NCBI GenBank assembly: GCA_002104945.1
Contig: MCFH01000005.1
Coordinates: forward strand, 496,001-560,000
Direction of reading: 5' to 3'
DNA length: 64,000 nt
Origin: Piromyces finnis finn
Taxonomy: Eukaryota > Fungi > Neocallimastigomycota
Shown here: piece by piece, positions 1 to 12,724 of the stretch
Position numbering within the stretch: position 1 is the first letter of the stretch
Layout: every line of letters begins with the position of its first letter
The notes under the pieces: model-generated
What the model saw: the letters and a program-made list of their open reading frames with translations, nothing else
Databases searched by the model: none
Told to the model about the DNA's origin: nothing
Made by a program: the position numbers and the translations under genes

Positions 1-5
1 AATAG

Positions 6-2516
6 ATTATGATGCTGGTGATAATGCTAAATTTAATTTCCCAGGTGCTGCTACAATGACCCTTTTAGCTTGGAGTGGTATTGATTATGCTGAAGGTTAT
101 AAGAGTGCTGGACAATGGGAATATATTTTAGATGCTGTTCGTTGGGGTGCTGATTATTTCATGAAATGTCACACTGGGTATATATAGTGTTATAATATTA
201 AACATACTTTATTAAAAAATAGTACTAATAAATAAATATAATTTAGTAAAAATGAACTTTATGCTCAAGTTGGTGATGGTAATACTGACCATGGTAAGTA
301 AATTTGCTATAATATAATTAAATATAAATATTGTAATAGATATTAACAAAGAAATTACATAAAAAAAATTAATATCTAACATTAATATTATCTTAAATAA
401 TAACTATATGATAGCTGTAAGTATTATAAAAATAATTATATAGATTAAAAAAAATATTAAGTTTATAAAATATTAATAAAAATTATTTAATGTAAGTTTT
501 GGTATCCACCAGAATATGTAAAATATGATTACCCATCATTTAAAGTTACTGCTGAAAAACCAGGTTCTGAAGTTGCTGGTGAAACTGCTGCATTTTTAGC
601 TGCTGCTTCCATTCTTTTTAAGGATGAAGATTCTTCTTATTCTGCCAAATTATTAAAGCATGCTAAGGTATTATTAAATAACTTGATAATTTATATTAAG
701 CTTAAAATTTTAAAAATTAATAATTTAATTTAATGAATATATCACTAATTTTTTTCATTTTATATTTTTATCATTTGCTAAAAAGGAAATTTATGAATTT
801 GCTGATACTTATCGTGGAGATTATACTGGTGCTATTCCAGGAGTTGTTAGTTTCTACAGTACCTATAGTGGTTATAATGATGAATTAGCTTGGGGTGCTG
901 CTTGGCTTCTTAGAGCTACAGGTGATGAATCTTATCTTAATAAATACAATGTTATCGCAAATAAAAAGTATGAATCTTATGATCCAAAGAAATTTTCAGG
1001 TGCTACTGGACCAATCTCTTGGGATGATAAGAGACCAGGTTGCTATATTTTAATTGCTATGGTTACTGGTGATGAAAATCGTATCAAGGAAGCTTACAAT
1101 TATTGTGATGCTGTATTAACACAACCAAAAACTCCAGGTGGTTTATGGTATGATGATGGTTTATCTATGTGGGGTTCTAATCGTTATGCATCAAATGCTG
1201 CCTCCATGTTAGCTATGTTTGCAAACTATCTTCCAAAATCTGATCCAAAACGTGCTAAGTATGTTGAATTTGTTCAACAACAAACTAATTATATTCTTGG
1301 TGACAACCCAGCTAAAATTAATTACGTTGTTGGTGCTGAAGCCAACTCACCAAAAGCTGTTCACCATCGTGGTTCTTCTGGTGTCTTCGATTCACAAGAT
1401 AAAGCTGCAAAACCAGATGAAAACATTTACACATTATGGGGTGCTTTAGCCGGTGGTCCAGATGAAACTGATTCTTACATTGATACTCGTAGTAACTTTA
1501 GAACCAATGAAGTAGCTCTTGATTACAATGCTGCTTTCCAAATGAATCTTGCTTTCCTTACACAAGAAGGATTAAGTAAACCAGATCCAGACAGTGTTAA
1601 AATTCATGAAAGATCTTGGCCAAAGAAAGCAGAAACTCCAGATATTAGACTTAAATTCAGTGATGGTGAATTATCTATTGCTACTGGCTCTGGTATGCGT
1701 TGCTCAGGTTGGTGTGTATCATTCACATCTTCATCATACAAAATTACACAAACTAGTGATGGTAATATTGTAAATTCTGGTCCAGAATATACTATTTGTA
1801 ACAAGCGTGAAAATAATGCTCTTGATGGTAAGGGTACTGCTCATATTGTTACTTTCCAAGCTTCTGGTTCTTCTCTTCCAACTGAATTTACTGTTTTATG
1901 TGATGGTTTCCACGCTCCACTTAATCATCAAAAGTACTCCTACATTCCAGAATGGGGTCGTCAATACAAGGTTGTAAATGGTGGTGGTGTTGAAAATACT
2001 ACTCCATTATTTGAAGAAACTGAATGCTGGCCAGGTTTCATTTGTGATGGTTCTGCTCCATCTCCTTCAACTACCAAAACAAAAACTCCAGTACAAACCT
2101 CAGTTTCAAACGATTGTTTTGCTATTGCTCAAGGTTATGAATGTTGTAACGATAATGAAGTCGTATATACTGATGAATCTGGTCAATGGGGTATTAAGGA
2201 TGGTCAATGGTGTGGTATTGGCGGAGCTTCAACTCCAGAACCAACTCCAGAACCACAACCAGATTGCGGAGCTTATCCATGTTGTAATGAATGTGAAGTT
2301 ATTTACACTGATAACGATGGTGACTGGGGTGTTGAAAATAACGAATGGTGTTTAATTAATAAGTTAGTTTGTGGTGGAAATCCAAAACCAAAAACTTGTA
2401 CCGGTCAAGATAGTGGTTTCCCATGTTGTAATCATTGTGAAGTTATCTACAATGATAATGATGGACCATGGGGTATTGAAAATGGTGAATGGTGTGGTAT
2501 TAGCAGTGAATGCTAA
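6..2516 (+). CDS. Glycoside hydrolase family 9 endoglucanase with ancillary domain and three fungal dockerins (cellulosomal Cel9A-like); 5' part lies upstream of the window
   Basis: Hand-spliced exons 6-177, 247-293, 415-416, 497-667 and 786-2516. GH9 motifs: [55 protein letters not shown] and [10 protein letters not shown]. The C-terminus has a Ser/Thr/Pro linker and three C..YxCC...D.xGxWG.ENGxWC dockerin copies. Confidence 0.95.
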
Positions 2517-3353
2517 ATAATTAAATTTTGAAAAATAAAAATAATAAATAATTAATAAAAAATAAAAAAAAAAAAAAATAATAATAATAATAATAATTCG
2601 TGTAGTATATAAAAACCAAATTTTAATAAAAAAACAAAAAAAAACTTAGTTACATTGAATTATGTATTAAGGATATTCACGTGTACTTCGAAGAACAATA
2701 TTTTTATTATTTTATGAAATGAGAATTATTAAATGTTTAAATGGTTTAATAAATTTTCTTTATAAATAATGACTTACTTTTAATGAAAATAATAAATTTT
2801 TAATAAAAATCTAAATAAATATATTAAATATTCTATAACTTCTTTACTTTCAGTAACTTTTTATATTTCATCATAATAGTAAATAAAGTAGACAAAACAA
2901 AGAAAGAAGCCATATAACTCTTATTTATTTACTTCATATATATAATAAATATACAGGTATATATTTTATGTTATGTAAAAATAATATAATAATTCAAATA
3001 TATTTCTTTAGTTTTATTAATATTTAAAAAAAAAAAAAGTGGAAAGCAATGATAGTAAAGAAATAAGTTTATGTTTATTATATATATAAAAGAATATATA
3101 TATATATATATATATAATGATTTTAAAATTTTAAAATAGTTTTAAATAATATAAAATTTCAAAGTTCTCGTTTAACTAAAGCTAAATTTGATATTTTTTT
3201 ATTTTGAATTACTTCATATTTTCGAAATAAGTTCAATGAATTATCTATAAACAATAACAAATAATTAAATTGGCAATTAAATTATAAATTAATTTTCTAA
3301 TTCAAAATAATAATAATTTATTTTATAAATAAATGAATCATAAATGAATGAAA

Positions 3354-3384
<31 letters not shown>

Positions 3385-3572
3385 GTGATGTTTTTATTTT
3401 AAACTACAAAAGTAATTGATATTTTTCAAAGTACTAACATTCATTATATATATATATATTTACATATAAATAATTATAATTATTTATTATTTATATATAT
3501 ATTAATGATTTTATATGTTTTTATTTCAAATGTAAACAAAATAAATATATATATTATATTAATGAATTAGGA

Positions 3573-5039
3573 ATGTCAAAGTACGCGGAACTTGAAGGAT
3601 ACGATTTCAATTCAAAAGAAGTTTATGAAACAGGAAATTCAGATGATAACAATGAAATCAATAAAAATTTATATAACAGTACCATAGATGAACAAGTTAA
3701 TGATGACATCAATAATTCAACATTTGAAGTAGATAAAGCATACAAAATATTTTCTAATGCAGAAGAAAAAGACGTCAGTAAACTATATGAGATAAATTAT
3801 TTAGAAAGTAAAATTGAAAAATCAAAATCTCAATCTTTATCACAACAATTAAGAAGATTAATAAAAGAAGTTGACGATCTTAAAGTAAAAATTGAAAAAG
3901 AAAAAGAAAATCATTCGGAATTTGTGATTGATTCTAATGCTAAACAAAATGAATCAGTAATAACAGAAGAAAATGTAAATGAAAAAACTGAAAATGAAAG
4001 TGAAAATAAAAATGAATTAAATATTGTCCAACAAGATTCTGATTCTGATTCTCCAAACAAAAAAAATAACAAAATTTCACCATCTTATATGTTGGATCAA
4101 GCAAATAAATTACAAAATGAACTTGAAAAGTTAACTCTCGGAATTGTAAATGATAATAATCAAGGTATTAATGCAATAGAAAATATTTTAATTCAACAAA
4201 AAATGATTAATCAAATAAAAGTTTGTAAAATAAATGCGTTAAAAGAATCACCAACTATTGAAGAAGATAGTTTATCAGAACAAACAAAAACTAAACAAGA
4301 AGGTGAAAAAGAAATAAATGTTCAATCAGCATCTACTTCAAATATTGACTCTTCACAAACCATATCAACTAATGATGGTATTACTTATAAGTTATATTAT
4401 TCACCTCAGTCTATGCAATATCATCAATTAGCTCGTATATCTGATTTAGAAGAAAGGATTACACAAATTGAAGCAATTCTTGGTATTAATAATATCACAG
4501 ATGATAATATCCTTTTCCCATCTAATAATCAGATTTCAACCCTTCTATATGCTAAAGGTAATATTGTAACTGCTGTTGATAGCTTAGATCAACAACTTCA
4601 ACTTCTCTCCCAACCAAGTAATTTTGATAATATCTTAGTAAAAGTTAATGAAGCTATAAAAGAATTAGAACAATTCATTAATATACAAAAAAATAAATTA
4701 ATTGAAGAAAGGGTCGATGAGCAAGCCCAAATTAAGGAAAAGGTTGACATACTTTATTCTAAATTAGAATCAACCGAAGAATATTCTGCCATTATTACAC
4801 CTTTATTAACACGTTTAAAGACATTACAAGCTCTTCATACTGAAGCTTCTCAATTTTCGGACAGTATTCAAATGTTTTCTGAACAACAAGCTTCCATTAA
4901 AAATCAAATAAAAGATCTTAATGATATGATGAGCAATTTATCCGAAAGTTTGGAAGTTAATAAAACAATTATAGAAAATAATATTGATTCTATATCTAGT
5001 CGCATAGATCAATTAATGGATAGAGTAAAAGAGTTATAA
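3573..5039 (+). CDS. DCTN2: Dynactin subunit 2 (dynamitin/p50)
   Basis: Single-exon 488-aa ORF. The N-terminal KYAELEG...EVYET matches the dynamitin N-terminal motif (KYADLPG...DVYET). Coiled-coil segments include LEERITQIEAILG and RLKTLQALHTEASQF. Confidence 0.85.
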   Translation: MSKYAELEGYDFNSKEVYETGNSDDNNEINKNLYNSTIDEQVNDDINNSTFEVDKAYKIFSNAEEKDVSKLYEINYLESKIEKSKSQSLSQQLRRLIKEVDDLKVKIEKEKENHSEFVIDSNAKQNESVITEENVNEKTENESENKNELNIVQQDSDSDSPNKKNNKISPSYMLDQANKLQNELEKLTLGIVNDNNQGINAIENILIQQKMINQIKVCKINALKESPTIEEDSLSEQTKTKQEGEKEINVQSASTSNIDSSQTISTNDGITYKLYYSPQSMQYHQLARISDLEERITQIEAILGINNITDDNILFPSNNQISTLLYAKGNIVTAVDSLDQQLQLLSQPSNFDNILVKVNEAIKELEQFINIQKNKLIEERVDEQAQIKEKVDILYSKLESTEEYSAIITPLLTRLKTLQALHTEASQFSDSIQMFSEQQASIKNQIKDLNDMMSNLSESLEVNKTIIENNIDSISSRIDQLMDRVKEL

Positions 5040-5284
5040 TTGAGAGATTATTTATAATTCAGGAAATAAAATTGTTTTTTTTTTTTTTAAAAGGTTTTAA
5101 AAGCATGATATATAATTATAATTATATTAGCAAATATTAAAATATATAAAATATTTCATTCTTTATTTTTAAAAAAAATAAATAAATAAGTTAGTTTATA
5201 TTTCATACTCTTTAGTATATATAATATCATAACAAATATAACGCTTTTTAAAGTTAGTTCCAAAATTTATTATTAATTATAAAT

Positions 5285-5323
<39 letters not shown>

Positions 5324-5800
5324 AATTTATCTGAATGGTCATGTAATATAAAATTCATTATATATATAATATTTATTTAAAACATATTAATAAATGTTTA
5401 AATAAATAAATGATTAAAAAAGGAAAAAAAAAAAAAAAAAAAAAAAAGAAAGAAATATTTATTTATTTATCAATTTTATTTATTTATATTATAAAGTGTA
5501 AATATACATTTTTTATCATAAAAATATACAATTATTTAAAATATTTATAATAATAAACTCTATTTGTTAATATTAAATATTAATAATAGAAGAATATTTT
5601 CTTAATTGCAAATATTAATTATTATTACTATTATTATTATTATTACACTAATAAAAATGTATATTTTATTCTCTTATAATTTAAAATGATCATTTATTAT
5701 ATAAAAAAATATTGAATATCTTGAACATTTTAAGTTACTTATATATATTTGATATATTTCTTAACTATTTAAAGTAACAGTATTTTGAATTTTTATTACT

Positions 5801-6904
5801 TTATGGCTTAGATACCTTTTGATAAGTATATTCCTTAGTATTTATAGCTCTTTCTTCACCATTAATATTAACACTAACTAAAATACCTTTAATTTCTTTT
5901 TCACCTCCACAACAGAAAGTCATATAATCAAAAACACTCTTATAGGTTTTAGCTGCTTCAAGAACAGTTTGGCCTTGACTACTAACTACACTATAATGTT
6001 TACCATTAATATTAAAACCACAATAATAACGGCACTCTGTATTAAATTCATTATAATATTTGTAAATATATTGACTTCCTATATTTTGATAATATGAAAT
6101 TGTATTATTAATTTTATAAACAGATACATTTGACTTCTTATTAACATTGCCATCACAGCACTTAATAAATGAATCATAATTCTTATTACTCATTGAAGCA
6201 GCATATTCTTTAATTGTTTTACCATTACTTTTTCCAATAGAAATAATTGATTTATCTTTAACATTACAATAGTAAGAACAGGATTTATTCATTAAATCAT
6301 TTTGAAGTTGAGTTTTGACTTTACTAAGACTATCTTTTTCAATAGTAAATGAAGGAATATGTAAACTAAATTGTGTTTTATGACGAGTATAAGTCATACG
6401 ATCAGTAGTAAATGTACCATCACAGCAATAAGTAAAAAGATGATATTTATTCTTATATTGGTCAGCTGAATATTTATCAACAAACTTTTCTAAAGTCATA
6501 TTTTCACTATACATAAAATATGTAATTCTGTTATCAAGATCATGTGCACAATATGTTGAACAATATCTATCAATTGGCATGAAAGAATATTCACCCTTCA
6601 TTTTAACTGTTGAGTTAGGAAGAACTTTCAAATCCTTTGAAACAATAGTAACATTTTCATGGCCTCTAAGAACGCCATCACAACATTGCATATAATAATT
6701 GTATTGACTACCTAATGATTTTGCATGTTCTAATAATGTTTTTCCATTATTTTTGCTAATTGTATTTCCATATCTTGAACCTTGAATATTACAAAAATAA
6801 CCACAATCTTTTTCGCTTGCTGAATCAACAGTTTGGAAAAATGTTAAATAGGTTACAAAAGTTAAAAGTGTAGAAATTCTTTTAAAATTCTTTAAATAGA
6901 CCAT
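5801..6904 (-). CDS. Secreted cysteine-rich protein with four internal repeats, unknown function
   Basis: Intronless 367-aa ORF with a signal-peptide-like N-terminus (basic start, hydrophobic core, likely cleavage near VDS/A) and four ~85-95 aa modules, each with CxxxC and CC[DG]G. Confidence 0.8.
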   Translation of the reverse strand: MVYLKNFKRISTLLTFVTYLTFFQTVDSASEKDCGYFCNIQGSRYGNTISKNNGKTLLEHAKSLGSQYNYYMQCCDGVLRGHENVTIVSKDLKVLPNSTVKMKGEYSFMPIDRYCSTYCAHDLDNRITYFMYSENMTLEKFVDKYSADQYKNKYHLFTYCCDGTFTTDRMTYTRHKTQFSLHIPSFTIEKDSLSKVKTQLQNDLMNKSCSYYCNVKDKSIISIGKSNGKTIKEYAASMSNKNYDSFIKCCDGNVNKKSNVSVYKINNTISYYQNIGSQYIYKYYNEFNTECRYYCGFNINGKHYSVVSSQGQTVLEAAKTYKSVFDYMTFCCGGEKEIKGILVSVNINGEERAINTKEYTYQKVSKP

Positions 6905-8577
6905 TGTATTAATTAATATTAATAAGTTGTAAACTTGTTTACTCTATTAAAGACATTTATAAAATATTATACATTATACATTGTTTTGCTTTAGATATTT
7001 TATTATTTTTTAAAATTATTACACAAAAATGCCAATTTTATGAAAAATGTTATATACTAAATATTTAATTAATACATATACTTACATTAATATAATTTTA
7101 TATTTAAACTTTTTACAATATTAGCAGATTTACTCAATTTTTTTTTAATTTTTTTTTTTTTTTAACTTTAAAAGTTTTCAATTATCTCTTAAAATTATCT
7201 ATATTCTAGTTAAAATAAAAATTTAAAAATTATTAATTATAATTAATAAATAAAAAAAGTTATACAATAAAAAAAAATAATAACTAAATAAATAAAGAAA
7301 AAAAATAAATTACTGGGTTTTTTTTTTCTTATATAAAAAAATAAAAATAAAATTTTAAATGTTATTATCAACCAAACAAATATGTTACAATGTTCTAGAC
7401 AAAAAAAATTATTTAATAGAATTTATTATTTAATATATATTTAATTAAATAAATAAACTTTAATGAATATATATATTTATTATTATTGTAAATCTTTTTT
7501 TTTTATTTATATAAAACATATTATTGGTTAAAAAAAAAAATAAGTTAAAATGTCGTTATGAACAATATTCATTATTGATATAAAATTTTAACAAATTTTT
7601 TATTAAATAAAACTACATATATTTAGTATATTTACATCATATTGTTTTTTTATAAGTTATTTGTAATAAAAAAGGTATTATATTCAATTCTATCATTTGA
7701 AGTAGTTATATCTATAATATCATAATTTTTTAATACCTTTATAAAAGAAAATGTTTTAATTTCCGCAAATAAATTTTATTATATATATTATATATATTAT
7801 ATATAAATATATTATAATATATTATTAAATTAAATGACGGCAACTCCTATAATTAAAAAAAATAAATTTATGGTAAAGTTAAATTTAATATATATTTTAT
7901 TTTATAATAATTAATATTTTTTCCTATATCAAGAAATTTCTTTTAACAATTTGTTATACAATTTAAAATAAATATCATATGTACAATAAAGTATGTATAT
8001 AAAATAAAACATTATTTGAATCATGTTAAATATAAATAAAATAATAGTGATACACTATATAAAAAATTAACAAATCATCAATTCATTAAAATTAAAGCAA
8101 TTTAAATTGTACTACCATAAAAATAGAAAATAGTAAAAATGAATAAAATAAAAAAATTATTATTAATTTTAATAATTCTTTTTTAATATAATTAAACTAT
8201 GATAATATAAAGTTATTATTAAAATTTATTATAAAAATAAATATTTAAACTAGCATTTAATAAAGATTATGAAAATAATAAAAAAGAATTATTAAAAATT
8301 ATTACTAATATTTTATTGTAATTAAATTTTTTTATTATGAATATTGTTGTAATTAAAAGAATAAAAATTCTTTTTAAATATATATGTTTCTTTCATATTT
8401 TAAATTAATTATATTATAATTTACTTTATAAAATGAATTTTTAACACAAATTAAAATTTAGAAATATTATTAATTACATAAATTCTGTAACATGTAACAT
8501 AATAAGTACTACAATAGAAATATTTATTAAAGTTTATATTTTTTCAATAAATATAGCTGCCTCCAAAGAAAATTTGT

Positions 8578-8595
8578 ATATATATATATATATAT

Positions 8596-8642
<47 letters not shown>

Positions 8643-8643
8643 T
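8578..8643. repeat. (TA)n followed by (TTTA)n microsatellite
   Basis: Directly visible tandem repeats. Confidence 0.9.
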
Positions 8644-9149
8644 ATCAACAAACTTATATATTTTATAAATAAAAAAAATAAAACCATTATTCTAATTCAT
8701 ATAATAATTAAATTTATCAAGATTGGAATAAATAGAAAAAATAGCGAATGAAATTAGAATAATCAAAGCATATTTTTTTTTTCTATGATGAGAATCTATT
8801 ATAATTGATGTATATTAAAATATATATATCAAAGAACCTATTATTATTAAATTTTAAGATCTTTTTTATTAATTCATTTCTGGGCAATTCATATTTAAAC
8901 TTTCAGAAAGATAAATTAAAAAAAATAATAATAATATTAATAAAAATATAAACAATTTCTTATATATTTTTTCGTTGGAATAGAAAAAATATCAATATCA
9001 CTTTTATTAAATATATATTATATACATATATATTTGAAATTGAACCATAAAAGTAAAATTATGGTACTTATATATTAAAAACAAAATTGTTAATAATAAT
9101 AAATTTGATTTTTTTAATCGTCGAATTTATTTATTATATATTTTTTCTT

Positions 9150-11876
9150 CTATAATAATCCAGAAACTTCTTTCATAAACGCTTCATAATCATCTTGTTT
9201 ATTATTAATATTATTTTCTTTTGGTTTAGAGGTTTCTGGTACTGTTGATATTTTGATTTGTCCATTTTCATCAAATTCTGGTGCAAGATTAATTGTCGGT
9301 TTGAGAGAATTAGACCCCATTGTAGATTTACGTGGTAATTTTGTAGTTGGACCACGACGACGAAGTGATGAAGGTACCAAAGTTGTTAACTCCTTTTGAA
9401 GATCACGAAGTTGTGGAGCTGCAGAAATAACAGCACTAGCAGAAGTAGAAAGTGGTTTCTTTGATAATTGTTCTGTGCTATGAACTGTTGCTGTAATAAA
9501 AATTTTCAAATTCAAAAATAATATATGCATATTATTTAATTTCATTAATAATGTTCACTTACATCTATAATAAAAAAAATAATAATAAATTTCATTGTAT
9601 ATAATACAAATGTTTACCTGTATTTTGTTTAAATGGTTTTTTATGTGGTAGCGGTTGGTTAATTGGTATTTGCCTATTAGGCAATGGTCTAACTTGGGTA
9701 TTTGGAGGAATATTCATTGGAACCATACCATTTGGAGGTACTGGCATACCCATTGGTGGTAATTGTGGTCTAACATTTGGTGGAAAACTTATCATTGGTG
9801 GACGCATATTAGGATTCATTTGTATTGGTATATTTGGTGGTATAAAGTTGCTATTAGGTCTTATCATACCAGGTTGTGGTATAAATGGTAAGTTTCCATT
9901 AATTGGTGATATTTGCTGAACAATTGGTGATTGTAATTGAATATTAGGAGGCATTAATGTATTCACTTTAGCTTTAATTTCTGGTATATCTATCAAATTT
10001 TGAAAAATTTTGATTTTTTTACTATCATCAGTTGGTATTGGTTCTTTTGGTAATTCAATATTAAAAAGTTCTTCTTCATTAATAAGTGGTAACATTTTTT
10101 CCATTTCTTCCATCATTTCAACTTGTGCTATATCATCTACATCAACTATATAAAAAAAATTAAATAAAATAATTAAATTAAATATAAAAAATAAATAATT
10201 GCATTAAAAATTAATATTAAAATATATAAATTAAAAAAAAAAAATTACCATCCTGATCCATTTCATCGGGGCCATCAGAATTATGTCTATTTTTATGACT
10301 ATCATTAGAGCTTGATGAAGAATCCGAACTGTATGAAGAATCTGATTCATTTGAACTATCACTATCTGATTCTGATTCTGAACTTGATGAATATTTTTTT
10401 GGTTTTGACTTTTTATCTAATAAAAAGATTACATGTATAAATGAATAAATAAACAAATTTAATAATAAATTTATATTAATAATTATATTAAAAACTTACC
10501 TTCGTGTTTATCATGCTTTGAACTATGTATACCCAACAATTTTACAGTTTCTTGGCCTGATGTCTTTTTTTCTGTATTTATTGGAATTCCAAGTTTCTAA
10601 TTTTTCATAATTTATATATATATTTAAATTATATAATACATATGTATAACAACCTTTTTATATTAATATACTAACTTCTCGAGCTTCTTTAACCTTCGAA
10701 ATTTCATCTTCTAATGATTTTTTCTTTTCTTTTTCATATTTATCTAAATACCTATCTTTTTCTAACAATTGATAAATATAAATGTTAAAAAATAAATAAT
10801 AAAAAAAAAATATTTTATTATCATTTTAAACCTGTTTCTTTTAATTGTTGAAGTTCCTCTTCTAATTTTTTTAAATCTTTATTAGCACTAGCAATTAATC
10901 TGACCCTTTTTCTTTCCTCTTTATTCTATAATTATTTATTGATAAGTTCATAATAAATTAATATATTGTATAGGAAAAGGAAATAATAAAATAAAATATA
11001 TACCTTTTTTAATTCTTTCTTTCTTTGTTGCTTTCTATGAGCCTAATTATATAATAGAAAAGAAATCATATTTAATTTTAACATAATATTTATACTATAT
11101 TTAAATTTAGTAATCATATATTATTTTTATTATAATCCATATTACAATAATTAAATAAAATTAATATACAATTAATCAAATTTGTATATTAATTATAATT
11201 ATTAATAAAACAAATTGGATTAACTAGTAAAGAATAATCTTTTATTTAAAAGTAAACTAAACTATTTTTTAAATTATTTTAAAAATATATATAGCAATAA
11301 TTTTCTTGAATTAAAATATTTTCTTCTTTTCTAAAATCATTAATTTTTTATTACAAATAAAAATTAATATATATAGTATATATAAAGTTTCATTTAAAAT
11401 TCAATTAATAAATACTTTTTACTTTTTTGATTTAAATATCTCTTGATTTAAGTATTTTATTTCATAGTAACCTTTAAATACTAATTAAAATTCTTTTTAA
11501 TATTTATAGTTTTATACCTCTGATGAAGAGGGATAAAAAAAAAAAGAAAAGAAGAAGAAGAGGAAATATATAAATCAATTAAAATCAACAAATGGAAATA
11601 GCTAGTATTTTCTCTGCTTTTTTATTTCTTTTTATACTCTTAAATTAAGTATTTTCCATTTAATTTGATTTTAATACTAATTTTAATTTAATTATTATTC
11701 ATTTAAAACAAAGTTTTTAATTTTCAAAATAATTTTCATTTTTAGTATTGAATATAATTATTCTAAATATTAATAGCAATAATAATAGTAATAGTAATAA
11801 TAATAATAATAATAAATATTACATCAGCTGGATTAATCGATCTTCCTATTTTAGTTCTCCCTGATTTTCTTCCCAT
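9150..11876 (-). CDS. WBP11: WW domain-binding protein 11 (WBP11/NpwBP), splicing factor
   Basis: Spliced N-terminus MGRKSGRTKIGRSINPAD|AHRKQQRKKELKK|NKEERKRVR matches the Wbp11 domain. It is followed by a Ser/Asp-rich region, a Pro-rich region, ISAAPQLRDLQKELTTLVPSSLR and the C-terminal DDYEAFMKEVSGLL. About 8 exons; first intron ~780 nt. Confidence 0.88.
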
Positions 11877-12724
11877 TTTAATATAAAAATTTTATAAAGT
11901 GCTATATATGTATTATAAAACTATTTGTATAAACTTTTAAACAAAAATTTAAAAAAAAATAAAAATAACCTTTCAATTAATAAAATAACAAAACCTAACC
12001 TTTATGTATATTAATTATATTAAATTAATGTTCAAAATAAAAAATATTAATATTTTTAGCTATTTCATAAAATATTTTCATTAACTTAACAAAATCTATG
12101 AAACTTTTATAAATTAACTCTTATTCTTTAATTAAAAGCAGTACAATTATTTCGTATTTTACAAAAAAATTTATTCAGATGATGTAGAACTATTTCTTAT
12201 TAATACCTATGTTACTAACTTACTATAATACTCTTAATCAACTATAATATGTAAATATTTTAACACTTTAAGAAAAAACGTTTATAAACTTATAAATTCA
12301 ATTTTTTTATTGAAATTTTCTAATTTTTAAATGATATGCCTTTTTTTTTAAAAAAATAGAAAAGAGTATCATTTTCTCTTATTATTTTATTTTCTTAAAT
12401 AACAATATTTTCTAAAAAACAAATAAATAATATATAAGCTTTATTGTCTAGTTTAATTATTTATGCAATAAAAAACTGTGAAATATTTTTTATTAATTAA
12501 TAATAATAATAACCTTTGAAATATAACTTAAAAATGGTATATATTAGTATTTAAAAATGTTAAAAATCAAGATTTCAAAATTTAACATATATTATTTTTT
12601 TTATATTAAAATTAAAGATTAGATTATAATAATCTTATATGATAGGTAATAATCGAAAAATATTTTTATTAAATATAAATAATTTATATAATTTATAAAA
12701 TCTAATATTTTAAAAAAATTAAAG

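Noticed and set aside
294-496. Alternative GH9 splice solutions without a micro-exon (acceptors at 444 or 462; donor at 298)
   Set aside because: Each introduces an in-frame TAA (at 446, at 488, or downstream of 415) or does not restore frame.
11517-11560. CTGATGA (hammerhead ribozyme core / snoRNA C-box-like) in the region of WBP11 intron 1
   Set aside because: It is the loop of a 5-bp CCTCT/AGAGG hairpin, with no stem II followed by GAAA and no matching D box. It is also antisense to the host intron.
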